A stretch of 64,000 nt of DNA from the human T2T-CHM13v2.0 reference genome, Homo sapiens: the NCBI RefSeq assembly GCF_009914755.1, contig NC_060925.1. One strand, 5' to 3'. Of the stretch, positions 11,801-25,067 are shown piece by piece; position 1 is the stretch's first letter; each line of letters begins with the position of its first letter. The translations under genes were made by a program, and so were the position numbers. The notes under the pieces were generated by a model. The model ran no database searches, was not told the DNA's origin, and saw only the letters and a program-made list of their open reading frames with translations.

Positions 11801-12444
11801 CCAGCCACGCCGGCCCCTTCCTGGGCTGGACCCCACCCTGTTCCCCACAGTCTGTTCTTGCCCCAGGGCCTTTGCACTGCCCGCTGTTGCCCCCATAGCC
11901 GGCAGGTCTGGGCTCAATCCTTCTTCCTTCAACAGACCTTGGCCGACTTCCCCATCTCACGCAGCCCCACTGCTGCTCCTCCCTGCCCACACCCCTTCGC
12001 CACCCAACACTGACACGCACTTTTGTTTGCATTGGTGGCGTTTCTGCCTTGGCGTGTAGGTGAGCAGGGCAGGGTAAGCCTGCCACCCCCTCAACAGGAC
12101 CTGGCAGGTAGAAGAGAAGCAAAGGAAGGTGTGAAGGAAGGAAAGAGGGAGGGAGGACGTGCGGAGATGTCTTCTCCGACCTCTGTGCTACACTGGGCAA
12201 GGGAGAGCCCAGCTTCCCCCGGAGGAGGTCAGCCATGAGCCACAGGTCTCCCCGGACTTAGCTGGGCAGGGCAGGGTTCTGCTCCTGTCAAACCGAGAAT
12301 TTGGAGAAGCTCCTCGGCCCGGTGCTGCTCCACCTCCCCCTTTGTCTTTTCCTTTCCCCGAAACTTCCCAACCAACAGGCACTGGGGAGAGAATGATGAA
12401 CGTGGTGCGGGAGCTGGGCGCCGGGTTGTGTACACAGCCTGTAT

Positions 12445-12790
12445 CGGTTTGAACTAACGAAGTTTATTAACCAGGCAACCCAGAATCATTAATCACGCAG
12501 AAAAATAACACAGCGAAATGACTTTTCAAAATGCCATTGGTATAATTATCGTCTTGCCCATTACACTAAATGCCGCCATTTATATCTGTGATACTTAAGT
12601 ATGCAAACAGTAATTAACGTGGTAATGAACCGGGGGCCCCAGAGCCTCCCCTCCCTGAGCTAATTTGCATGTTAATTATCATTAGCGACCAGGGAAACAA
12701 GTTATAAACAGCCTAATTAGCAGCCAGATCATTTTTACAAGAGATCGCGTGCACTTTGACACGTGAACCAGTGTGAGATTAATGAAGTCA
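12445..12790. promoter_or_regulatory. Putative conserved developmental enhancer
   Basis: Non-repeat AT-rich 350 bp with more than 10 TAAT/ATTA cores, octamer ATTTGCAT at 12663-12670, CTAATTAG, CACGTG. Confidence 0.6.
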
Positions 12791-15700
12791 GGCGAGGCCG
12801 CCCCTCCTGCGGGGTGGGGGTGGGGTGGCCTCAGTGCAGTGGCCTCGGTGGTCTCTGGGTGCTGTTAGCAGGTGATGGCTGGTGGCCTCAGGCTGCCCCT
12901 GAATGGTGGGGCTTGGGCTTCCCTCTCCACGCGGCTTGGGCTGGATGAGACCAGGAAAGTGGGGGCCCTGGTAAAGGGAAATTATCCTGACCCTTGGTAA
13001 GGAAGACTTCATTCAAGACTGTTGCGTAAGAGAGAGAGACAGGGTTCGACCCCGGATGCCAGGACAAGTGGGGGTTCACAGCCCAGGAGCAGGGTAGGGG
13101 CTTGGTGGATGGGAGATCACAAAGCGGGGACACCAGGGCAGAGAGATTCTTGCAAACCCACTTCATCGATTCTTGCTCAAGGTGGAGTGATCCCATATCC
13201 AGGGCGGGGATTGGCTCCAAACTGCCTTAGCCGGATTCTTGCCACAGATGGACCCCGCAGGCTGAAGCAGGGCCCAGGTGAGGCTGAGCTGAGAACAGCG
13301 CTCAGCAGCCCACCCGGACTTTCCCATCCCAAAGTCCAGGTCCTCTGCTTTTGTGCCTGGCCCCTCTCCTGCACCCTGAGCCTCTCGGCCAACCCCGGGC
13401 TTTGCTCCTTCCAAGAGACACCATTTAACCAACCAGACATGTGTGCCCCACCCTCCCCCACCTGCAGAACAGCCCTGTGGGGGTGAGAACCATCACCCTG
13501 TTTCAGCAAGCAGGAAGCCCAGGCACAGAGAGATGGGAACCTGCCCCAGGCCTGCAGTCCCAGCAGCTGGTGAGTCCCGGGCCCTGACGCCGCAGCCTCG
13601 CTGCTGCCCCTGGACACGCCGGGCAGGTCCTGCTCCAGGGCCTTTTCATCACAAAGAGCCCTGTGCACGCTGGCGTCCACCCTGACTGCGCCATTCAGCC
13701 TCCATCCCGTCCTCCTTTCCCATGGTATTTTTGCTCAGGCTCTTGCCTAGTGTCGGCGTGTTCCTGTCTGTCTCCCTGGCAAGAGTGCCGGCTTGCGGGG
13801 GCAGGACATGTCCCGTTGATCCCCCGCTCCCCAGTGCCTAGATCAGCCCGACGTGCAGCAGGCTTCCCAGCACTGTGGAGGGGGGCACGTCTGGCCATGA
13901 ATCGCTCCAGAGTGGGGGCTGAAAATGTTTTTTGGAAAGGGTTCCAATCGCAAAGTTTACATTCCACTCAACCGTGGCAGCACAAAAGCAGCCGTGGACA
14001 GCATGCAGACACACAGGCCAGCCCTGCGCCCGCACCGTCCGATGTTGGCATCCTCAAACCAGATACCTGGCCGGCTACCTGCCGCCTCACACACCCACCA
14101 CGCTCCATTTCAGACCCTCTGGGCCTTGCTGGCCTTCTCTTTGTTTGATGTGGGCTCTGAGTGATTTTGGACAGGCACCACCCAACACAGCAGGGCTGAC
14201 TCTTGCCTCCTGCCCGGGTTCCTGAGGACGCAGCCACAGGGCCATGCCCAGAGCCTGCAGGGCAGTCAACACCCGGGGGCCTGGAGGAGTGGGGAGTGTG
14301 AGCGCCTCTCCTTTTCTGCTGCACAAGAGAGGCCCCGGGCGCAGGTTGCTGCATGGGGTCCCCCGGGCCAGGTGCGGGGGACACCTGGGGACTTGTCTTC
14401 CTCGGGGCCACCTCCTATGGCTTCCCTGTCCCATCAGTACCACTGCTCGGGGGACTGTTCTTCCTGTTAGGATAACGGCCCCAAGGCCCCCCCCACCCCC
14501 ATTAGGCTGTGCTTTCTGGGGAGCCCAGGTCAAGGTGGTCTCGGAAAGCAGACCCTTAGGGTGGGATTTTGGAGCTGGGTCACTCACTGGCCTGAGGGCC
14601 ACAGGGCCCTGGTGCTGGTGGGAAGGGGGGCGGTGAGGACCCTGCCAGGCAGCCTCATGGTGCCCTGGCCTCACTGGGCAACGGAGACAGGAGGAGCTCG
14701 GTGGGGACGCACGGTGGAAGGTCTGGGGCTGTGGAGGAGCTGGGGCTGCCGGCCTCGCAGGTGTGGTTGGGGTGGGTGGGGCTGCCGTGGGCCTGGCTCC
14801 ATGGCTCTGTGCAGGTGGCAGCCGGCGCCGCGTGTCGCCACCCACACAGGAAAGGCGAGATTGGTGGCAGAGGCCGTGTCCGCGTCATCATGGGAGCTGC
14901 AGCTCTTCCCTTAGTTCCCTGCACCCACTTATTGAGGGGGGCTGGTCCTCCTGGGAAAGGACCTGGCAGCATCCCCGGGCGTGGGACACATGCCTCGCAG
15001 CAGAGTTGGGGGACACGGGGCTGTGCCCGCCCTCCCTGCACTAGAACCAGCAGCAGCAAACAGCCCCCAGCTCGGCCGCTGACCATGTCCTGCTCGGGTC
15101 TCCCGGGCTGGCCCTGGCCCGCTTAGCCTGGACTCAGGTGCCTGTGGCCGGCTGCTCGTGCCTTCCCATCCTGGGGCAACCCGGGGAGTGGCAGTGCAGC
15201 CTCGGCTGAGACGGCCGCCATCCCTGCCCTCAGGTCTCCTATGGGGAAGCAGAAACATGCCCGATGGCTCTGGGGGTGGGCAAGCACCAGCAACTGGCAC
15301 AGGCCACTCCTGGCACAGGGGGAGGTGGCCTTATCAAGGGTGAGGACACAAACCCAGAGAAGGGAGGGGACATGGGGCAAAGCCACCTGCCCTGCGCCTC
15401 AAGGGACCTGTGGCCTTGGCCTGGGAAGTGCCACATGGGAAGGAGGTGTGGGCCTGCTGAGCACGGTCATGTGTGGGCCTGGCCCAAGGCTCCGCCAGCA
15501 GGTAGGGTGGGGTGGTTCTCGCCCTCTTGGGCCTAGGGCCTCACCCTGGGATGCCTCGAGTGATGTATCTGCCCGGCCCCATGGCAGGCGAGTCCGATTC
15601 CTTGGATCCGGCCTGGATCTGCCTGAGCGAGAGCCTCCTGGGAGTCCAGAGCAGCAAGTGGAGAACTCGCTCTGAGAAGCGCGTGGACTCCCTGGCGAGG

Positions 15701-16023
15701 CCGTGGCCCCAGCTGAACCTATGGCCTGGGTTCCACCACCCTCACCTCCCACTGCTCCTTGGTCACAGTGGGCCCAGCAGGCCACAGCACGGCATTACGG
15801 GACGTACTGCCTCCTTCCTGGCACCAGCCTCTGCCTGGTCAGTTTCCTTTTCTAGAACCTTCTTCCTGGTTCCCTGGACTCTGCTTAGACATTTGGCCCT
15901 CCCAGGACCCCCTGAGCCCTCCTGAGCCCTGGCCCCTGCTCCATGTGCCCCTCGGTCCGGCAGCCTGCAGCCCCCGCCCTCCCCTAGCCGTGCCCATGCA
16001 GTCCCAGGCCTGAGACTGGCTGC

Positions 16024-16039
16024 GGGGGGGGGGGGGGGG
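16024..16039 (+). repeat. G16 homopolymer
   Basis: 16 consecutive G. Confidence 0.9.
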
Positions 16040-17879
16040 TACACGTGCTCCTGGACTGAACGCTGCTACCGTAACTTCATCAGCACCCTCCAGGCGAGGA
16101 CCACGTGTCCAGCCCCTGCTGTGCACACGACTGAGGGTTGTCGGTTCCCCGAGCTCAGCTGAACTCCCTCCTGCCAGCTAGCCGTCCCCATCGCCCGGAC
16201 TGGGGAACAGTCCTCCTGGGGATGCCGCACTCCTCTCCATCATTCTCGGTGCCCCTGCTAGCTCAGCCAGCCTTCTTGTGGTGAGGACAGCGGCGGGACT
16301 GGGGCCCCCAAAGGCCTCTCAGCCTGGGACGAGCTACAGGCATTGCTAGGTGTGAATGTCAGAGCCACCCTCCCCAGCACCAGGGTCACCCTCTCCCTGT
16401 GCCCCTGTGCAGGGCCTGGGGACCTGCCCCTTGTTCCCTCACACCAGGGACTGCTGGGGACTGGATGGGGTCTGCACAATTCCTGGAGGTGCCATTGTGG
16501 TGGGAGACCCTGGGGGAGACAGTGGCTGCACAGCAGTACGTTTAGCACAGAGCACATTTGCTGACCACTTCCTTGGTCTTGGGCCCTGGACTCAGCACCG
16601 CACAGGCCCTTCCTGTTCCTCCCAGCAACCCCGTGGGGCTCGACTGGACATAAGGGCCTGGCTCACGCTCTGGGAGGAGGCAGAGCAAGCCTCTCCCTGT
16701 GAGGAAATCACGGGGACTCAGGGATGCTGTCCAGACATCTGGACCCTCAGCTCCCTCTTTCCTCCCACTCATGGGATTCCCTGGGGCCCGGGTCAGGATA
16801 CCAGGCTGCCACCTCTGGGCAGCCACCTCCAGGCAGCCCTCCCGGACTGCCCAGGCCCTAGCTCCGAATCTGTAGCACCTCAGTCTTCTTCTCTCCGTTG
16901 AACATTTCACCCTCTCCTACTGCAGGGCAGAGTGACCCCTGTCCTGTGAGGATGTGGCCTTGAATGGCCCAATGGGCCAGGAATTCCTCGGGGACAAGAG
17001 CTGCATTCTCCCTGCCTCCCCAGCACCCAGCCCAGTGGGCCCTGCAGGGCACAATGACCTGGTTTGTTGGTTCCAGGCAGGCAGGGTGGCAGTGGGCCCC
17101 AGGGGTCACAGGCCAGTGGGGAAACAGCCATGGGGGCAGCTCTGGCTGAGCGTCACTGGCCCTCCTGGGGGATTAAGGTCCTTGTCACAGGGGCCTCCAG
17201 GCCAGCCCCAGCAGCTAGCACATGGCCGGCTCCAGCTCTAAGGCCTGTGTCTGAGCCAGGGAAGAGAGAGGAGGAGCCCCCTGAGAGCGGCACAGGGGAT
17301 CCCCAGGGGCTGAAGCCATAGTGGGGTGTGAGGTCTGTAGTGGGGTGTGAGGTGTGTGGGGGGCCATCCACAGAGGGGGCTGTGTGGTGGCAGTTTCAGG
17401 CTCAGGCTGAAATAGGAACTGAGAGGAGACAGGTTTGGCTGTGTGGCTGCTGAAGGCAGCCCGGCCGGCAGCGCCTTGGGGACAGGGAGGAGCTACGGTC
17501 TCCTGCGATTGTCTTCTGGGCCTGGGGGCTTGACTGGCTCTGAGGCACTGAAGAAGCTGTCATCCATGGGGAGGGCCGGCCCATTTGCTGTGCCTGAATG
17601 ACCTTCTGATCTGAGGCTTGTGCAGGCGCCTGCCTGGGCAGCTTTTATTGTTGATGACCACGTTATCTTCCTAATTATTAGATGTGGGGAGACCTCCGGG
17701 GAAGTTCTTCATGGTAGAAGGGAAAACCCCCTTCTTGGCTGTCAGGAGAGAATCCCACAGTGTAAAGTTCTAGGAAGTGAAGTGAGAAAAATACTTTAGG
17801 TTTCAGTTGGAAAAAAAAAACAAAACAAAAATGGCTTTTTTGATTATTTAAAAATAGTTTAAAGATATTTAAAAATAAT

Positions 17880-18000
17880 GGCCAGGCACAGTGGCTCACA
17901 CCTGTAATCTCAGCACTTTGGGAGGCCGAGGCAGGAGGATAGCTTGAGGAGGCCAGCCTGGGCAACATAGGGAGCCTCCATCTCTACAAAGAAAAGAAAA
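17880..18000 (+). mobile_element. Alu left monomer (FLAM-like) with internal deletion
   Basis: ggccaggcacagtggctcacacctgtaatc...cagcctgggcaacatagggagcctccatctctacaaa. Confidence 0.85.
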
Positions 18001-18249
18001 CCCACCTGTCGCCCCCAGCCTTGGTGCCCATGTGTGCCCAGGGTGTGTGGATAGCAAGTATCTGCCAGCTGCTGCTGCTATGACAAACATCTCCACTTCT
18101 CAGTGGTTCCCAGCTGCTCACAGGGCGGCTGCTGCCTGCGGCTCTGCTGGCTCAGCTCCGTGCAGCTGATTTGGCCCCAGTGGCCTTTGCATTCCAGGCC
18201 CCAGGCTGCAGGAGAATCTGTCTGGGCTGTGATAATGTTCGAACGGAGG

Positions 18250-18685
18250 TGTGGGAGGCAGCATCATGGCTCCTCCAAAATGTCCACACCCTTGTCCCTG
18301 GAAGCTGTGGACATGTGACCTCCTGTGGCTCAAGGGGCTTTGCAGGGTGAGTAGAGATGTTGAGATGGAGAGGGCCCTGGCACCTGAATATTCACAAGGG
18401 GTGGCAGGAGGGTCGGAGCCAAAGAGCAGCGTGACAGTGAAGGTGGAGGCTAGGGTCAGCTGTGCTGCCAACTGCGATGGTGGAGGAAGGGGCCATGAGT
18501 CAGGGATGCCACAGCCTCTAGAAGCTGAGAAGGTGTGAAATGGATTCTTCTGTGGAGCCCCTAGGAGGAAGGCAGCCCTGCTCACACCTTGATTTTAGCC
18601 CAGTGGGACCCATTGGAGGCATCTGACCTCCAGAACGGTAGTAAATTTCTGTTGTTTTTGTTGCAGCTTTGATAGGAAACTAACA
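18250..18685 (+). mobile_element. MaLR MLT1D/E-type LTR
   Basis: tgtgggaggcagcatcatggctcctccaaaatgtccac...caccttgattttagcccagtg...ctccagaac...ataggaaactaaca. Confidence 0.8.
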
Positions 18686-18870
18686 GAAAGGGGAAGGAGC
18701 AAGAGGGGTTCGGCCAACCCCTGCAAGTGCATTTTCCGTGGATCTGACAGGGCCGCACCTCACCTGTGCCCACGTTCTATGAGTCAAGATGTGTCACGTG
18801 GCCAGGCACAAAGCCAGTGGCACCAGGAACACACCCTCCTCCAGGGAGGTGACAGGAGAACTGGGGATGG

Positions 18871-20258
18871 TGAGAGGTGACAGCATGCTGGCAGTCCTCG
18901 CTCACTCTTGGCGCCTCCTCGGCCTCGGCGGCCACTCTGGCCATGCTTGACGAGCCCTTCAGCCTGCTGCTGCACTGTGGGAGCCCCTCTCTGGGCTGGC
19001 CGAGGCCAGAGCCGGCTCCCTCTTGCAGGGAGGTGTGGAGGGAGAGGCACAGGCAGGAACCGGGGCTGCACGTGGTGCTCACGCGCCAGCGTGAGCTCCG
19101 GGTGGGTGCAGGCTCGGTGGGCCCCACACTTGGAGTGGCCGGCCGGCGCTGCCAGCCCCGGGCAGTGAGGGGCTTAGCACCTGGGCCAGCAGCTGCGGAG
19201 GAGGGTACACCAGGTACCCCAGCACTGCCGGCCCACCTCCGCCATGCTTGAATTCTCACCAGGCCTCAGCCGCCTCCCCATGGGGCAGGGCTTGGGACCT
19301 GCAGCCTGCCATGCCTGAGCCCCCCTCCCACTGTGGGCTCCCGTGGGGCCCAGCCTCCCTGACAGGTGCCGCCCTCTGCTCCGAGGCGCCCAGTCCCATC
19401 GACCGCCCAAGGGCTGAGGGGTGTGGGTGTGGTGCAGGACTGGTGGGCTGCCCTCCCGGGCCCAGAGGGGGATCCACTAGGTGAAGCCAGCTGGGCTCCT
19501 GAGTCGGGTGGGGAGTTGGAGAACTTTTACATCTAGCTAGAGGATTGTAAATACACCAATCAGCACTCTGTGTCTAGCTAAATGTTTGTAAATGCACCAA
19601 ACAGTGCTCTGTGTCTAGCTAATCTCGTGGGGACTTGGAGAACTTTTATATCTAGCTGGAAGATTGTAAATGCACCAATCAGCACTCTGTGTCTAGCTCA
19701 AGGTTTGTAAATGCACCAATCAGCACCCTGTCAAAACGGACCAATCAGCTCTCTGTAAAATGGACCAATCAGCAGGATGTGGGTGGGGTCAGATAAGGGA
19801 ATAAAAGCAGGCTGCACGAGCTAGCAGGGGCAACCCGCTGGGGTCGTCTTCCATGCGGTAGAAGCTTTGTTCTTTTGCTGTTTGCAATAAATCTTGTTGC
19901 TGGTCACTGTTTGGGTCCGCACTGCCTTTGTGAGCTGTAACGCTCACCACGAAGGTCTGCGGGTTCACTGCTGAGGCCAGTGAGAGCCCGAGCCCACCAG
20001 GAGGAATGAACAACTCCGGATGGGAGAAACGAACAACTCCAGATCCGCCGACTTAAGAGCTGCAACACTCACCGCCAAGCTATGCAGCTTGACTCCTGAA
20101 GCCAGCGAGACCACGAACCCATCAGAAGAAAAACTGTGAACACACCCGAGGAATAAACTCCGGACACACCATCTTTAAGAATTGTAACACTCACCACGAG
20201 GGTCCACGGCTTCATTCTTGAGGTTAGTGAGACCAAGAACCTACCAATTCTGGACATA
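18871..20258 (+). mobile_element. Complete solo ERV9 LTR (LTR12D/E-like) with 4-bp TSD ATGG
   Basis: Starts TGAGAGGTGACAGC, ends CCAATTCTGGACATA; ATGG at 18867-18870 and 20259-20262; CACCAATCAGCA repeats ~19553-19772; AGATAAGGGAATAAAAG ~19791; AATAAA ~19886. Confidence 0.95.
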
Positions 20259-20934
20259 ATGGTGGGAAAGTGAAACCACCTGCCCCAGTAGTGGGTCACA
20301 AATGTCTCCTTCACTGATGCATGCAAAACATGCAACCCCCGAAAGCCTCAGCCGGTCCTGGCTTCGAGCACGGCACCCAGCATCTGGTGATGACCATCGT
20401 GGCTCACGTGGCTCCTCTTAACCTGGAGCCTTGGGCACTAAGACGAGTGACCAGCCCTGCTGGGCCCCACACAGCACCGAGCCGGGGACAGGCTTGTCTC
20501 GGTAAATGCGCCCAACTAGAAGGGGAATCAGGGGACCCACAGCAGTTACCGGTCCCTGGGGACTCTAAAATGCCCCGGGACTGGCTGCAGCGTCAGCCTG
20601 GGCTGCGGTAGGAATGCCGGTTCTTCGCCCTGGGAGGGGCCCCAGACACTGGGCTGTCCTTCTTTTCCTGCATCTTCCTGGGCCGCATCTGCAGAGCCTT
20701 GGGGAACGCCTCTGAGGGGCTCGGCTGGCTCCCTGCCCATGGGAAGCTGGGGCCAAGGGCTGCGTCTCACCTTGAGTGGTCGTCGTCTGTGTTAAGCTGG
20801 GCTGGATGTCCTCTGGTCGGTATGATTTTCTGGAAATCTTTTTAGAATTAAGATATTCGGTTCCATCCAGCTCCATCCAGGATCTAAAATGTTTAAAGGA
20901 ATTTAGCTATTCCCCCATTAAAAATGATTTAATT

Positions 20935-21236
20935 TAATAATTTTTTATTTTTTGGGATAGGGTCTTAACTCTGTCGCCCAGGGTGATGTGCCAAGTGGTG
21001 CGATCTCGGCTCCCTGCAATCTGCCTCCTGTGCTCAAGTGATCCTCCCACCTCAGCCTCCCAAGTAGCTGAGACCACAGGCACACACCACCACACCTGGC
21101 TAATTCTTGTCTTTTTTGTGGAGATGGGGTTTCACCATGTTGCCCAGGCTGATCTCAAACTCCTGGGCTCAAGCAATCCGCCTGCCTTGGCCTCCCAAAG
21201 TGCTGGGATCACAGGCGTGAGCCACTGCACCTAGCC
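20935..21236 (-). mobile_element. AluJ
   Basis: T tail; tcaaactcctgggctcaagcaatcc; cccaaagtgctgggatcacaggcgtgagccac. Confidence 0.92.
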
Positions 21237-21990
21237 TGCAAATGATGATTGTAATTTTAAAACTAAAAAAAAGAATAGTAAGATTTCTGTTTGCAACTCA
21301 GGAGCTCAGGAAGAACTGGGTTTTTAACTTTTTAAGACCCCTGTGGGGTGGCAGCCGGGGCTTGGGGGCAGGGAGCAGGAGGGCCAGGCTGGGCGAGGAC
21401 CCCGGCGGAAGGAGGCAGGCGTCTCCACCTGGGGCCAGGTTGCTTCCTGGCTCCCTGGCCTGAAGGGCGAGGCTGGCCTCTCCCTGGCCCTCCCGTCTGG
21501 AGCTGCAGCCTGTACCCAGAGGTCTTCTGGGAACGCACCTAATCACACAACTCCGTCCCTGTAGTCCTGGCCGCAGCCTCAGCACAGCCAGCACCCCATG
21601 CTGGGCAGGAGGACGAGGACCCCAGGGTCTGGATCAGGCAGTGCCGACCTGGGATTTGTTCGCATTCTTGAGTGTTGCCCAGGCTTTGGCAGCGGTGGCT
21701 GTAGAGCCGAACATGGTTCTGTTCTTCTGCTGTTTATTCTCATGATATTGAAAAAGCATATTATTTTTAAAGTATTTGAATCTCATTTAAAAAATCAAAC
21801 TAAACATTTACTATGTTTGAGATGTAAAAGTTCTTAAGTGTATTACAACATCAAGCAAAATATATGTTTATAAAACTATAGACATCAAACGTTTACTATT
21901 ATTTTAAAAGAAGGTTTTAGCAGATAAATGAATTAAAGCAAAGTATGTTATAAAAAATCAAACATCATGTAATAAAAGAAAAGCTGGAGA

Positions 21991-22252
21991 GGCTGGATGT
22001 GGTGGCTCATACCTGTAATCCCAGCACTGTGGGAGGTCGAGGCGGGCAGATTGCTTGAGCTCAGGAGTTCAAGACCAGCCTGGGCAATATGGAGAAACCT
22101 TGTCTTTACAAAAAATATAAAAATTATTTGGGAGTGGTGGCAAGCACTTGTAGTCCCAGCTAATCAGTAGGCTAATATGGAGGATTGCTTGAGCCCGAGA
22201 GGAGGTCAAGGCTGCAGTGAGCCATGATAATGCCCCTGCCCGCCAGCCTTGG
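21991..22252 (+). mobile_element. AluJ lacking its 3' tail
   Basis: ggctggatgtggtggctcatacctgtaatcccagc...gtcaaggctgcagtgagccatgat. Confidence 0.9.
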
Positions 22253-22259
22253 TGGTAGA

Positions 22260-22720
22260 TATGGGTCGTTGATCACTGCTTAACAAATCACCCCAACAGT
22301 CAGTGGCTTGGAACAATCCATATCAATCATTGTTCTTGTGTTTTTGGTCAGCAGAGGATGGGGTAGGGTGATCCTCCAGGTCCAGGCTAGCGTTTTCCAT
22401 GGTTGAGGGCTGGGCGGGCTGTGGGCTGAGGCGCCTCAAGTCTCCTCTGTGTGGCCTCTCATCCTCCAACAACTAGCTTGAGCTTGTCCCGACGGCAGAA
22501 GCAGGTTTTTTTGGGGGTGGGGAAGAGATGGATTGAGGAAGCCCCAGGGCCACTGTGAACTTGTCTGCTGCCACATTCACGTATCCCAGTGGTCGGCCCG
22601 GATTCAAAGCAGGTGGGGTCAGTCTGCATCTCCTGTGGGAAAAGTAGCCACCTTACCTTGCCAACGATGCCACGACGGGAAGGATGGAGAGTCAGCCGCT
22701 GCACGGTGCCGCTGCTCCTT
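22260..22720 (-). mobile_element. Old MLT1 (J/K-like) LTR remnant
   Basis: ctgcttaacaaatcaccccaacagtcagtggcttggaacaa; ctgctgccacattc...ggcccggattcaa. Confidence 0.55.
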
Positions 22721-22742
22721 GGACTCTGAGACATTCTTTTAA

Positions 22743-23231
<489 letters not shown>

Positions 23232-24387
23232 TTAAATCTTCTTTAAGGTCCTGCTCTTTTCCTCTTGACAGCAAGCTACCACTGTTTAGAGAGAGTCTCC
23301 TGTTGTCTTCGTCCTGAGGCTTCTTCCATCTGCACGGAGGTTCCGAAGCGTTTATGACATATCAATCCCTCTACCATCAGGCACACATTTCACTGTTTTG
23401 GGAGAAGGCCTTTGGACTGAAGCTGGAATCACTGCTGCTCCGTGGGTGCTTGTCATGGCTCCTGTGGATGGGAACCCGCTAGGCTTCTAGGCTCTGCATG
23501 GGTTTGTCTTTTTGAATAAATTGAGCAATTGAATTATTGATCCTGGCCTCATGATATAAAGGATTGGATTTTGATTTCTTAAAAATTCTGAAGTCACGGC
23601 AGTATACCAGTAAACGCTCTAGGACCTTGGTTCTTACAGGTGGCATGGTATCGTGGGACGCCGGGACACAGGAGTCCTTGGAAGTGGGCTGCGGCCTCTG
23701 TTTAGTCTGCTGGTCAGCAGGAGCCCCTGTTCTGAGGGTGCTGCTCCCCTGCCAAGCCCTTCCCATGCTTCCCTATAGCACCAGGACAAGGCCCACAGAG
23801 CCCATGGAGGCCTCGCCGTCTGGCTGGACTATCTGGCTGGTCTTGACTTTCCCACGGAGGCCTGGCCATCTGGCTGGTCTTGACCTTGACTCCATGATAC
23901 TGGTGTGTGCTGAATCATCTTAGTGTTTTTTTTTTTTTTCTCCAGCTCAAACACACGCACCTCTTTGTCCTTCCTTGGCTGGTGAGAGGTTCATTGTCCA
24001 TCTTTTCTCGGCTCCCCATCCCCACAGTGTTGTAGAAGCCTCCAGGCCCTCCAGGGCTCAGGGCTGGCTGGGGGCCCCAGGGTGAGGCCCACACTCTTCC
24101 TACCCCTGCTCTCACTGGGCCAGGAGTGTCAGCTGGGGGCCCCACTGCTTCAGGTCTTGGTGGGCACCACTCACAACCAACCACTATGGGAACCAGGTGC
24201 ACCCCAGGCTCTCCCTGCTGCCTGCCCTGCAGGGGCTGCAGGGGCAAGTAGACACTGCCATGCTGGCCCTCTCCTCCCCCTGGGTCTTGGGCCTTCCCTG
24301 GGCTCTGGATTCAAGTACTCCCTTCATGTTCTCCTCTCCAGGAAGCCCCAAGCTTTCTTAAGGCACCAGAAACACAACAGCCCTCTC

Positions 24388-24690
24388 TGCATGTGTGCAT
24401 ATGTGCATGTCTGTGTGCCTGTGTCTGCATGTGAGTGTGCCTGCATGCATACATGTGTGTATATGCCATGCTCATGAGTCTGTGCGTGTGTGCCTGCGCA
24501 TAGAGGTGCATCTGTGCATGTGCCCAGGTGTGAGTGCAGATACATAGGCGTGTATATGGCCATGTGAATGTGTGCAAAAGTGCAATGCACACATGTACTT
24601 ATGAACATATGCGTGTGTGCCTATACATGTGCATACGTGCCTCAGGTGCATGCCATCCATGTGAGTGCGCATGTGTGCGCATGTGTGTAC
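24388..24690 (+). repeat. Degenerate (TG/TGCA)n alternating purine-pyrimidine tract
   Basis: tgcatgtgtgcatatgtgcatgtctgtgtg... Confidence 0.9.
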
Positions 24691-24949
24691 CCCAGGCCAT
24701 TAGTGAAACCTGACACCTGGACAGCGCCATTCCTAGGCAGGTGCTCCCACAGTCCTATCCTGCCGTGTCTCTGATCTCAAGGCACCCTCCAAGGGTGGCT
24801 GTATTTCCCCATTTGGACAGATTTATTGGAAAGCTAATTTCAGGGTCCTCATTTGCATGGGCCTCTTCCAGGCACTGTGCGTAATTTTATATCCTTTCTC
24901 TTAAAGTGGGCTCCCAAATTGAAAAGCTTCACGCCTACAAGACCTCGGT

Positions 24950-25030
24950 CTGCCCTATTCTCATTTTAAAATGGAGGAGACGGAGGCACAGAGAAGTCCA
25001 AGAATTTGTGCAGGGTCATGTGACCAGTGC
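24950..25030 (-). mobile_element. MIR fragment
   Basis: cattttaaaatggaggagacggaggcacagagaag...gcagggtca. Confidence 0.6.
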
Positions 25031-25067
25031 CTATGTTCAGTGATCCAATCATTGCAGCCCCTCTCCC

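Noticed and set aside
7500-18000. Numerous 60-250 aa ORFs
   Set aside because: Expected at this GC content; no recognisable domain, and many use non-ATG starts
18845-18855. GGAGGTGACAG just upstream resembling the LTR12 start
   Set aside because: The 4-bp ATGG TSD already defines the insertion, so the short match is probably coincidence
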